A DNA stretch of 59,745 bases, filler included, from Nemertoderma westbladi (lineage: Eukaryota > Animalia > Xenacoelomorpha): the NCBI GenBank assembly GCA_032718475.1. It is 3 parts of 3 records of this genome, joined end to end, with 100 filler letters (N's around TTAATTAATTAA, not from the genome) between each part and the next. Parts side by side here need not be neighbours in the genome. Positions count along the whole stretch, not along the records: positions 17,608 to 48,845 come from JAUCBJ010001407.1; 2 more parts are not named here. One strand, given 5' to 3'. Every line of letters begins with the position of its first letter. The stretch's first letter is position 1. The translations under genes and the position numbers were made by a program. The notes under the pieces were generated by a model. That model worked only from the letters and a program-made list of their open reading frames with translations, had not been told where the DNA came from and did no database searches. Shown one piece after another: positions 34,501 to 45,699 of this stretch.

Positions 34501-37500
34501 TTGAGACTTTTTATTTCTTTCTATTACCAATTTCCAGTTTTTACTTTCCTTTTTTATTAGGCCTACCACCAGACTTTACTTGTCGTTTTTTCTTACTGGT
34601 TTTCTTCCCATTTCTTATTATTAGTTTTGACATTCTTATTTTATCACCAGTTTTAAAATGCCTTTTTTTACCTGGGTTTTACAATTCATTTTTTCTTTAT
34701 TACCTATAAAATTTTTGACTTTCCTTTTTTATTACCATGATTTACTTGCCTTTTTCTTACTGGTTTTTATTATCTTTTTCTTCAATACCAGTATTTAATT
34801 GCCTTTTTTTTCGTATTGGTTTATCTTTCCATTATTTTTTAATAATGCCTGGACTATCGCTAAGCAGCTTAAGTGCTGCTCCGATTCGCCTCAGATTATA
34901 CAATATTATTTAATCTCTTGATAAATTGATTTAATTATATATATATATATATTTTGTAGGTACTGCAGTAGCAGAAACAGTACTGTGGCATTCCACATTT
35001 AGTGGCAGTAGTGTTGTGAAACCCAGATAACAGTATCTGAAATACAATAGGAGGTAGCTGTGAGCCGCGGCCAACTGCTAGTATTACTATTGTAGTATTA
35101 ATTAGTGTAGTACTATTGATGCTGTAGTATTACTGCAGCTAGCGTTATTTGCAATTTTCAGTGGCCACTTCAGTGGCCATTTTCAGTGCGGCACATAGCT
35201 ATAGTACTGTAGCTATGTTAAATCATAGAAACCGGGCTTTAGTTCTTGATTTATTACACTATCAGACTATTCAGCTATTTGATTAATTTAAAGTACCACC
35301 AGACAACTACCTGGGTGGTTGGGTGCCTTCCAGTGCACAATTCCACTGCTTCCAAACCACAGAACCAATGCTGTTGGCCTAACAGCCTAAGTATTGGCCT
35401 ACCATTTACTGAACTGATATAGCATAGAAGCGACAGGTAGACAGGCCTATGTTTACAAACTGCAAAGTACTTATGCTTACACCTAAAATCAAAGAAATTA
35501 ATTAATATAAATACGGTTACAGTATGCTACCTGATACCTGCCTTGCTGCCTTAGGCCTAAACAAATATGATGAAAAGTGGTTGATGTGCGATCGATCTAC
35601 ATTCAGGCCATTAGCTATCTATATATAAAATAACGCAATACACAAACCCAGAACAGTAATAATGTACAGATTATTGTTGTTGGTTTGCTTATAGGCAGTG
35701 CAGGCAGAACATGTAACCAAATGATAGCCAAGAGTTTAGCCAATCAATGAAAGCCGCTGGATAAGCTATCTGGTTGTGAGTCATTACTGTAGTAGTAGAG
35801 TGGAATTATTTGGTGTAACCCTGGAAATTCATAGGCTCTTCACAAAGGTAGAGAAGTTAACTAATAACTAATATTGGTTAGATGTAATACAACAGGTTCT
35901 ATAGGGAGATAAGATAGGTTTGGTAGGACAGCTCTGTGAGAGAGAGGTGGGGAGTGAGAGATAGTGGGAGGTATGGGGGGGGGGGGGGGGGGGGGGGGTG
36001 CTGTGGGAGTAGTTACTCGCTACCGGCAATGCTGCTCTCTTAGGCTATTAGTATGGAGCAGTATATTGTAATTAATAATAATTAATTAAATAAACTAATA
36101 CTATATAATAAACATTAAAACTAATAATTAAATATGTAGGGACATAGGCATGATAGTGTATCCTGTTCGCTCGGTACCGGTGGTAGTCTGGTAGTTAACT
36201 AATTTATTTAATTTTTATAGATACCGTTATGCCAAAACGCAAGCAAGTTTGTGTTTATTCATACTGTCAATGTCGCTATGGCAAGAAGCGACATTGGAAC
36301 ATCTACTGCAAGGGATAGAACAGATGCCGCGAACATGGACGCTGCGCTGGTGGAGAGTTGGAACTAGGTGGCGCTGGTCACCAACCTAGAACTTCCCGTC
36401 GATCAATCGGGAAGCAACGCTGTCCATCAGACCGGCCGTCACCACGCGGTGGAAGCCAATGTAAGTTTAATTTAACTTATATTTGCCAAGTATTATTCTA
36501 AACATAGGCATACTTAAGGTCGGAGTAGGCCTACACCCCCCCCCCCCCCCTGAATAATTTTTTAAATGTTTAAAATTTCTATTGAAATTAAAATATTTTG
36601 ATTTTATACAGTATGGGCTGTTAAAATATGGCTAAACATTTGTTTTTTCGAAAAATTTTCAAATTTACAGTCGCCCTTTAACGTCCATTGAATGAAACAA
36701 GATTTGCGGTTGAAATGCTACTACACTGAAAAAACGAAACGGGGGTTATTCCTTAAAAAAAACGCTGGTTCTCAAAAATAACCGTGGTTCAATTCGGGGT
36801 AAATTTAAACTACGGTTATTTTGAGAAACCAGCGTTTATTTTGACTATAGTGACAATTCTATCTTTGTTCTTTTGCGTTGTTTGTTGCGTGTTGTTTTTG
36901 TTCTTCCAACTTTCATTAGTAATGGAGACAGCACTGTGGACAAATCACAATTCATTTGCTCAACTTCTCTCTGCAAGAAATAGCCATATACTGGTCTTGC
37001 AGATTCACCAGCTTCATTCTGCAAATATAATACATGACGCACTTTTCCTCTATAGTTTTGGCTCCAGTATGCTATACATTTACCAGACTGACAAATTTCT
37101 GAAAACTACCCCGAAATTTCATCTACTTTTTGACAATCATTTTTTGTTTCTTGTTTGTAAGCCGTTTCCAACAACTTTTACAGTTTTTGAAAACGAACTA
37201 GAAGAAATAAGCAGCTTGAACTCGTCAGTTGATTAAAAAAATATGTCATATTAACAGCGAAAACATTTATTCCAGAATAACATTGACTTCTTATCTCAGT
37301 CTGCAATTCTTTAGTGCGCAAAATGTCTTTAAAATTAAACTCTGTTACAGTATCTGTTCAACATTTAGTTGACCTGCTTTACGAGTTTGATGAAAATGGA
37401 AGGGTTTCCTACTGTGATCTCTTTGATGTAACCGCTCCGTTTAGATTCTTTTGTGGATTGACGAGTTATACATTGCACAAAATGAAACGGATTCTGGGTG

Positions 37501-38486
37501 AAACACTTGTGAACCAATTTACCGCTGATGTGAAAGGTGAAACCAGGACGAAGATTGTGTTCTATCGCATAAGAAAAATATTTAGGTGGAATGGACAAAA
37601 TATGCAGCTAAAGCAACCGACATTGAGATTGAGCACCTGCAATATTAATGCACTGGGTGCAAAATATCGTTTGAACGACTAGGTTACTAGGTTACCACCA
37701 CACAGGAGTTTTGTTGGTTGAAAACTCAGGAGCAACACTAATTATGGAAATTGAAAAGGAGTCATTGCCCAAATTTAAATGGGGAAGTTGTGGAATGGGA
37801 TAGTGCACTGATCGCCTGCACATGATGGGATGTATACCGATTCCTCTATCCCCCAGTTCTACTGAAAGACTAACAGCAGACGATATAATGTCTATAGAAG
37901 ATAATTCTTATTTTTAAATTAATTTTTACTTGGGACTGTGCAAGTCACGCAAAGAACAGAACTACCGATATGAAGATTAGGCCTACTATAGTACTCCTAA
38001 CACCAATGCGATCGATGTTTTATTGTAATGCCACTAAATGACTTCCATCTCGTTAGAAATCTGTGCCAGGATCTACCAATTTAACGATGGGCGTTGGGTC
38101 ATACTCCGGCCTGTGTACACCCCCACCAGTCTTTTTACTAGCTTGATTGTTCCTGTTTTTCTTGTTGTTTTGTGTTCTAGAATGTAATTTTCGCTCAAAT
38201 AAGTTTTCAATTTTTTGCTAGCTAGTAATTTAAGAGTTTTATGCTAGCTATTAATTTTGAATTTTTTTTCTTGATTTTGTGAAATACGCCATTTAATATG
38301 CTGGTAATTAATAGTGTTACAATTGCATGATTGTATTGTTTGTGGGTGAATATTTGATAGTGCGTGAGTGTTTGGTTAGGTTTGTGTCGCAGGCAACCTA
38401 AGTAGTTGCCTGCATATCTTAGAAGTTGCCTGCGTATTTCAAAGGCAACCTGAAAAGTTCCCTGCTTATTTCGCGGCAACCTGAAA

Positions 38487-39110
38487 AGTCAGGTGAGGAC
38501 CTTCGAATATGTAAGGGAAAGGCATGGGCAGCCTTGAATAGGCTTTCCAGGATTTGGAAGTCACCGAGAATTAATCAGAAACTTAAGGTCCGATTATTTA
38601 GAGCAGCAGTAGTTCCAGTACTCCTCTATGGTAGTCCATGCTGGGCTCTAACTTCTGAGGACACCAAATCTCTGGATGGCACATTCACAAGAATGCTACG
38701 CTGGGTTCATTGTGCATGAAACAATAAACCCGGCGTAGCATTCTTTCATTATATGGGATTCCTGATGAAATTATTGCAGCAATCAGATCAGTATACGATG
38801 GTTTGACAACATTTGTGTCTACTGTTGACAGTGACACAGAACCATTTGAAGTGTTATGGGGCATCCTCCAGGGAGACACACTTGCACCATTCTTGTTCAT
38901 AATTGTTGTTGACTATGTTCTACGCATGTCCTTAGATCATCATAATGATGATGGGGTGATGATAACTCCACCTACTGGCTCCAGAAGTCGAGGAAATCCT
39001 GCCAAGTACCTAACTGATCTTTGCTGATGACTTAGGAGTACTCTCAGAATCACTAGAGGGAGCCCAACAGCTCCTCAGCTCATTAGAACATGCTGCTTCT
39101 AGTGTTGGTC
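38487..39110 (+). mobile_element. Rearranged RTE-clade LINE fragment
   Basis: 38487-38714 matches 19038-19264. A 25-bp foldback (38721-38745) follows, then the upstream RT part (GILQGDTLAPFLF...YLTDL) at 38746-39110. Confidence 0.85.
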
Positions 39111-39409
39111 GTTTTATTAATACTACTTGTAATTTTCGTGCCGCACCGCACCCGAAAATAAGGTGCTAGACACAATGCAACGTCGTTGTGAATGTCACCA
39201 TTGAACTCAGCATATTAAGGAAGTTTCTAATCGCAAAACCTGGTATTTAATATTTTCAAATAAAAATTTACTAGCACTTTTCGTGCTCCCAAAAATTACA
39301 CAAGAAATGGTCCAGTGAAATTATTATTTGCACCATTATTCTCAGCATATGCGAAAACGTCGGGTCTGATGTATTTTATGTAAACTTCATATTGCTTTAT
39401 GAATTTGGA

Positions 39410-39470
39410 GGGGGGGTTCATATGAACCCCCTAATGGGGTAGGAAAATATGCCGGGACTGAGAGGGTTAA
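39410..39470. mobile_element. piggyBac-like right terminus (partner end not found)
   Basis: Palindrome GGGGGTTCATATGAACCCCC followed by ...GAGAGGG|TTAA, the same design as the 44449 end. Confidence 0.45.
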
Positions 39471-39499
39471 GTGATGCCCAGGAATCAGATTTAGCGAAC

Positions 39500-39870
39500 T
39501 GTATGGAAAGCATGGCTGCAATGGGCAAATAAGAAAGCAAATTCACGGGATTGTTGAAACTTACTGTATGCTTGGAATGGGATAATGTATAAGCCTGGCA
39601 CCTCTACTATATGGTGTCCGGGAAGGGATTGGCTACAATTGTTCATGGCCCGGAATAAACTAAGCAGTAAAAAAACTAAAACAATGCAAGCAGGGGGAGT
39701 CAGTGCAATAAAAAACCCTTTCATCATCAATGATTTTTACGATAAACTTGAAAATATTTTTCATACTAATTTAACATACTTCATACTAATAGTTGGAAAT
39801 TCTGAGATGATTACGGCTTTCCCATGGACCCAAATAATGTTGAAACAGTATCTCGAGTTGGTCAGAAAGT
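39500..39870 (+). pseudogene. pogo/Tigger-like transposase fragment (CENP-B HTH to start of DDE)
   Basis: PGRDWLQLFMARNKLS...NPFIINDFYDKL, followed by a frameshifted ...FPMDP segment. Matches the PGxDW-x3-F-x2-R / NxDE-x2-F-x2-DP pattern. Confidence 0.65.
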
Positions 39871-40306
39871 GGTTACTGTGGATACAGTATGTAACGAAGC
39901 GAAAGCGGAATTATCGTTGAGGATTAAGGAGCTCATGGAAGACTTACATGAGCCATTACATTCGAAATTTACCGAGTTAATAAAATTAGCTAAAAAAAAG
40001 GACAATTATATTTCTGTCCTTAGGTAACTCATCTAAATATAATAGATAGAGTGCTAAATAGATAGGGTGACATTAAATGCGAATAAAATAAATAAATAAA
40101 ATTAAAAATTAATTAAAAACACAAAAATAATATTCTTTATTGCATACAATAAATTTCATCACGATTTGTAATATAGGAATAATAGTGATCTTATTTCTAT
40201 TGCCGGTATATTACTGATCATTAATTTGTTTAAGAAATAATATAATTTATAATGGTAACGGATAAATACAAATATGTTAGAAATTAAATAATAGAAATGT
40301 TTTTAA

Positions 40307-41014
40307 TATTCGGAGCTCAATAGGCAAATATATTTCGATTTATATTAAAATCATTATCAATCATCAATGATAAGCACTATAGGTAGGTTGTACAGTAATT
40401 ATGTATGAAATTGTTTTAATTACTAGGTATTTCTTGCAAACTGCGATATTCTAACTGTACCGTACATTATACAACATCTGTATAGGCTGACTAATAATTG
40501 AAATAATGGTAAACACTATGCACTGACTGAAATGACACAACTCTAATTCTTACAGACACCCTAAAAAGTACAATTAAACGAAACAAACAAAGCTTGTTTG
40601 TGCTATTATTTATTGTGTAGTTGTGCTGTGTCATTGAATAGTTAATTGTATTTGTACTGTATGTATACTGTATATGTCTGCTCCACATTATATCTTTCGT
40701 TTTTTGGTTATTTAAATATTGTGTTATTATTGGTTTATTTCGTTTAATTGTACTTTTTAGGGTGTCTGTAAGAATTAGAGTTGTGTCATTTCAGTCAGTG
40801 CATAGTGTTTACCATTATTTCAATTATTAGTCAGCCTATACAGATGTTGTATAATGTACGGTACAGTTAGAATATCGCAGTTTGCAAGAAATACCTAGTA
40901 ATTAAAACAATTTCATACATAATTACTGTATAGCCTACCTATAGTGCTTATCATTGATGATTGATAATGATTTTAATATAAATCGAAATATATTTGCCTA
41001 TTGAGCTCCGAATA
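40307..41014. mobile_element. Foldback/MITE-like element with ~280-bp near-perfect arms
   Basis: 40307-40588 is the reverse complement of ~40733-41014, with a ~140-bp spacer. TA at both outer ends. Confidence 0.8.
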
Positions 41015-41084
41015 ATTTATAATATATCTATAATAAATAATCTATAATATAATTTGGTGGGTTAAGGCCCCATATTCAATAAAA

Positions 41085-41280
41085 GGAAAGAAAGCGCCTC
41101 TCTCTGAACAGGTACACTATCATGGGGACTGGGAACTTGCCAGTGTTTGCTATTGACTGCATAACATATACGATTGTAACAGATACAAGTTGTAGCTAGA
41201 AACCCTTCCCAGTAAGGTACAATTAGCTTTAACTTAGCTTTAACTCCCCTTGGAAATTATAAACGCGATTTGTGTTTAAT
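41085..41280 (+). pseudogene. Degenerate C-terminal GIY-YIG endonuclease segment of a Penelope-like element
   Basis: Frameshifted reading ESA/SEQVHYHGDWELASV/AID...RYKL*LETL resembles the SALxEH..H..DW..IL....R...E pattern. A hammerhead lies 300 bp downstream. Confidence 0.4.
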
Positions 41281-41588
41281 ATAATGTGTGTAAAATATCG
41301 TCCCGAGACAGTCCAGAGACAGAGACGTCCTTATGACCGCAGCCATAGCCCAACCCTCGACATTGTACTTCTCAACACAACAACAGCCCGATCCAACAGA
41401 TCTTTCCGATGGTTGCAGAGACTGCCGCCACAAGTGGGACTAACCACTTGTGGCAATAGTATGGTTGCCTTTTCTGGCAGAGCACGGAAATAACGAAGTT
41501 GTACTTTCCTTTGAGTGATTAGTTGGCTTAAATATGATGTCGCATTCCATAGCGAAATATTCATTCGGTGTTGTAGCTCAGTATACTC

Positions 41589-41632
41589 ACCCGGCTGATG
41601 ATAACCAGAAGTTTGAAACCTAGGTACCGGGT
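41589..41632 (+). ncRNA. Minimal type I hammerhead ribozyme
   Basis: ACCCGG-CUGAUGA-U-AAC-CAGAA-GUU-U-GAAA-C-CUAG-G-UA-CCGGGU: 6-bp stem I, complete core, 3-bp stem II, 2-bp stem III with palindromic CUAG loop, GUA cleavage triplet. Confidence 0.75.
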
Positions 41633-42898
41633 ACGAGACCCAATATAGCCGGTTGATATTTTTCCCTATGGAGAGCATTATTGTATTGTCTTGTTTACAT
41701 TGTATATTTATATTTTTGTTATAGAATGGCAGCAATAATCGGCGAGGACAGGAGTAGAGGATTGTTTCCTGGAATGTCGAGTCGTGCACGTTTTAAATGG
41801 ATTAAAATCAAAGAAATTGAATAAATCTACGGCTGCAAAAGCAGCTAAAAAGGCTAGACCTAATTATAACACAATGGTGTATTTCTTGTAAGTATTTAAT
41901 ATTCATTACGTTATTAGTTTTATGTTTTTTTCTGTAATTTTTCGCTAGTAAGATTCGTAGTAAGTCATTGAAGGAGATACTTCATGTGTTGGTAGTCCAG
42001 GGTATTTGTGAGATTTCCCGTTTCCTCGGAGTTATGCATGTTTCTTTTCATTTTGTCTTTTTTCTTACTCTCAATGTAGTGATGAAATGTAGATGAAATA
42101 TACTGTATGGAAGTTGTACATATTCCATTTTTTATTATTATCAATATTTCTAATTGGAGTAATAGTTATGGAAATTAAAAGTAATTTTTATATGCTAATC
42201 TGTAAGTGTATTCTATTTTGCAATATTTAAAATCGATGGATTTTTTTTAAATCGAAGTTTTTTTTAATTGAAGTTTACAAATGTTTTAGAACTGCAGTGA
42301 TATTTTTTGATATAATAATCTTTAATAAATTTATGTAGCGTAGGTGTGTTGGCTTTTGCTAATTAATTTATCGAAATATGTTATGCTCTAACGCAGCAGT
42401 TTTTCCTTTTGTGAGGCTTTATTTTATTTCAAATTATTTTGTTTTATTTTTGATGAGATACCTAAATAATACGCATCATATCTTGATAGTTTTTTATTTT
42501 TTATAAATAGAAGTTACTTTTTTTGGAAAGACTCTTAATTTGAAAATTTTTAAATTTGCATACGTGTGTTTCTAAGTTATTTTTGTAATTTATATTTTTT
42601 TATTTATCATATCACGTATATTATTTGTGGAATTTCTTATATGGTCATGTACTTTTGAAAAATATATTTTATTTTAAATAAATTTTTTTCAGAGATTTGA
42701 CATCATTTGTTTATGTTTATTGTTATAAATCATGGCAACGAGCAGAGTCGCAATTTATTTCAACCCAATGTGGGTGTGGGAACTACGATCCGATTGTACG
42801 AGCCTGCATTTAGAGGCGATACCTCCCACAAACTACTGATATTAGTAGTGGTTATGAAGCCTGTCCGTATTATTATGACCATGCAACCTTTTCCTTAA

Positions 42899-44449
42899 CC
42901 CTATTAGTACCGGGCTATAAAATGTTGTACAAATACCGGGAGGGGGTCATATTGACCCCCCCCTCTAAAATCTACAAATATTTACGAAAACGTCTGATTT
43001 TTTGTTTGTACGTAGGTATCACTTGTCTGGATCCGACCGAAAAAAAAAATTTTCGAAAAAATGTACTGGGGTGGTTATATTGCAGCACCAAAATTACAAG
43101 TAGTGCACAATTTTCACCAAATTTGAAAGTTACATTTTCGGCTAATTATTTTTCAATACAGGTTTTCTGGGGTGTAAAATACATTGGAAAATATTAAAAA
43201 ATGATATGATTACTATAAATGGCTGTTTAGTCCTCTCTGCGTAGGAAAAAAATGAAAAAAACAAGTAACCAGCACTTTTCAGTTAGAACACAAAATTTTT
43301 AATTCACTTATACGATGCTATAAATTCACATTTTCAGGTTTTCGAGGGCGCTGATTCTAATGGAATACATTTCTAATATGCTAGATCATTGCTACTTGTA
43401 TTTTTCGGCGTAATTTGGCAAATTTTGGTGCTAGCACCAAATTTCGTACCCATCACCAAAAAGTACAAGTTTGCAATGTCCAGTGCAGTTTTTATTGATT
43501 CCATCGGATTCAGGACCCTCATAAACCCGTATAACGCAAGAAACAAGGTGATACTATCTACTTATCAATTTGCATATTTTCCAAAATTTGGTGCTGGCAC
43601 AACAATTTTCACCCACCGGCGAAAAATACAAGTTTGACAACTCTTATGAAATTTTTACTGATTCCATTGAATTCAGAACCATCACAAACCTGTATAACGC
43701 AAGAAACAAGGTGACACAATCAATTGATATATTTGATGGTTTTCAAAATTTGGTGCTAGCACCACATTTTGCACCCACATCCGAAAAATACAAGTTTGAG
43801 ATGTCTAGTTCGATAATTATATTTTCCATTGAATTCAGAACAGCCATAAACCTCTAAAACGCAAGAAATAAATTCTCACAAGCAATTTTATCTATTGAAT
43901 GGATTTTCAAAATTTTGTGCTAGCACCAAAATTTGCACACAGCACCGAAAAATACAAGTTTGATACGCTTGGTGCAACTCGTATATATTTCTTCGAATCC
44001 AGAAACCCAAAAAACCCCAATTGCGTAAAAAACAAGTTTCAAACGATCAATTTACAAAATTGACTTATTTCAAAATTTGGTGCTGGCACCAAAATTTGGC
44101 ACCCACCGAAAAAAACAAGTTTAAAATTTCTAAATCAATTTATATGAATTCCATCAAATTTCTAACACCAAAATACCCGTGTAAATAAAAAATAGAGATG
44201 TTACAATTCATATTTAATGAAATGTAATTTTCAAAAAACGTCTCAAAAAAAGTGCCAAAAGTAGGGTTAAAATATGGCGCTATAACTCGAAAAGTACCCA
44301 ATATTTTTGAAAACGGTTTTCACTACTAGGAAGACAATAGATTTTTAGGAAAAGTCATAAAATTTCAGATTCCCAACTGCGTTTGTTTCAGAATTATAAT
44401 AAAAAAACCACGGGAGGGGTCATATTGACCCCCCCCGGGTTTAATAGGG
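42899..44449. mobile_element. Non-autonomous piggyBac-like element with an internal ~163-bp tandem array
   Basis: TTAA|CCCTATTA...TAATAGGG|TTAA with TSD at 42895-98 and 44450-53. Subterminal palindrome GGGGTCATATTGACCCC at both ends. Five AAAATTTGGTGCTRGCAC units between ~43420 and ~44230. Confidence 0.88.
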
Positions 44450-44759
44450 TTAAGTACCTATAACCGCTTTGGTATTTGGAAAAGATGACACCCTTTAGTG
44501 TCCATGTCGAACACTTAGTATTGCGAGGTGTAAGTTCAGTTAATTGTTGTACATTTCAATTTTAACTACATTATTAAAATATAAATTATTTTTATATTTA
44601 TTTAATAACCATACTAATTACTATATAATTATAACTATATAATATTTAATATAAATTTTTATTAAAATTTTCAAGAAATTATTATTTCTACTATATTAAA
44701 TTATTATAATATAATATTAATCTAATATTATATTATAATAGCTATTATATCTACATTCT

Positions 44760-44886
44760 GACATTGTATACCATATTATTCAGTAACTATTAACAACATC
44801 GGAAGAACTATAACAACTCTTTTCACTCACACGGCGGGGATGCGTACATAAACCCAAACTGGTCGGGATCCTCCGATCCCGTCACA
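44760..44886 (+). mobile_element. Diverged 3' end of the 8774-9342 LTR family
   Basis: CACACGGCGGGGATGCGTA...CGGGATCCTCCGATCCCGTCACA. Confidence 0.7.
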
Positions 44887-45699
44887 CAAAACATTCCAGA
44901 ATATCTAATTGCGAATAATGTAGGGCCAACCACTCCCTTTTGTTCAAATGTAGCTACAATGTCCTCGTCATTGATCTCATCAATGTTGAACTTATCTACT
45001 TCCATTTCGGGATTCGAGTCGGGAGGGGAATATGTTGGAGGATTTCCAACGGTGGATGTGCTCTACACCTATCCTTAATATGTGGTATAAATTATGTAGT
45101 TATTTTACGTCATAAAGTTTCATTTTAATTCATTAATTTACTTAATTAATATAAAATACAAATATAAAATATAAAAATAAACAAAATATAGAAATAATTA
45201 CAACTATTTTATGCAGATTATGGATAATGTGGTGATTGGGGAACATCCCTTCGAAAGGAGGTCCTTCAATGGGCTGATAAGCGCTTGGCTTCTAACGGGT
45301 GATGAACCAGTCATGGATGACAAGTGGTCATCGTCACTGTATTGAATTTAACAAAATGCGAAACGCCAGCAAACGTACGAACATTTCCATGGAGAAACGG
45401 TTCGACAGAACGATAGTATTGGCAAATGTTGGGGGTAGTATTGCCCTCCTGTTTACCACAACATTGGCGAGGCCTGCAAACATTCTTAGATTTGATGACA
45501 TGGGGATTGGATCGACAGTGGCTGTTTTGGAGCCCGAATTTAACAGGGTATTTTTCATAAAAGATAATAGTAATCCTATTATCAAACGTCCATGTTTTAT
45601 GGACACATAACCTCACCTTTTGGGTAAGTTCCTATGTAATTCGTAGACTTTTGATTTTTATGACCCACCCTAATGCAGAGGCTCCAGGTTCAGCAACTA

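Noticed and set aside
35975-35998. Poly-G/poly-C runs (also ~2928, ~36535, ~47000, ~55002, ~56573) as G-quadruplex elements
   Set aside because: Simple homopolymers of uncertain length, with no evidence of function.
36723-38485. Possible EnSpm/CACTA-like element (CACTGAAAAAA start, GGCAACCT subterminal motifs, degraded frames)
   Set aside because: I could identify no matching right TIR or convincing transposase motif.
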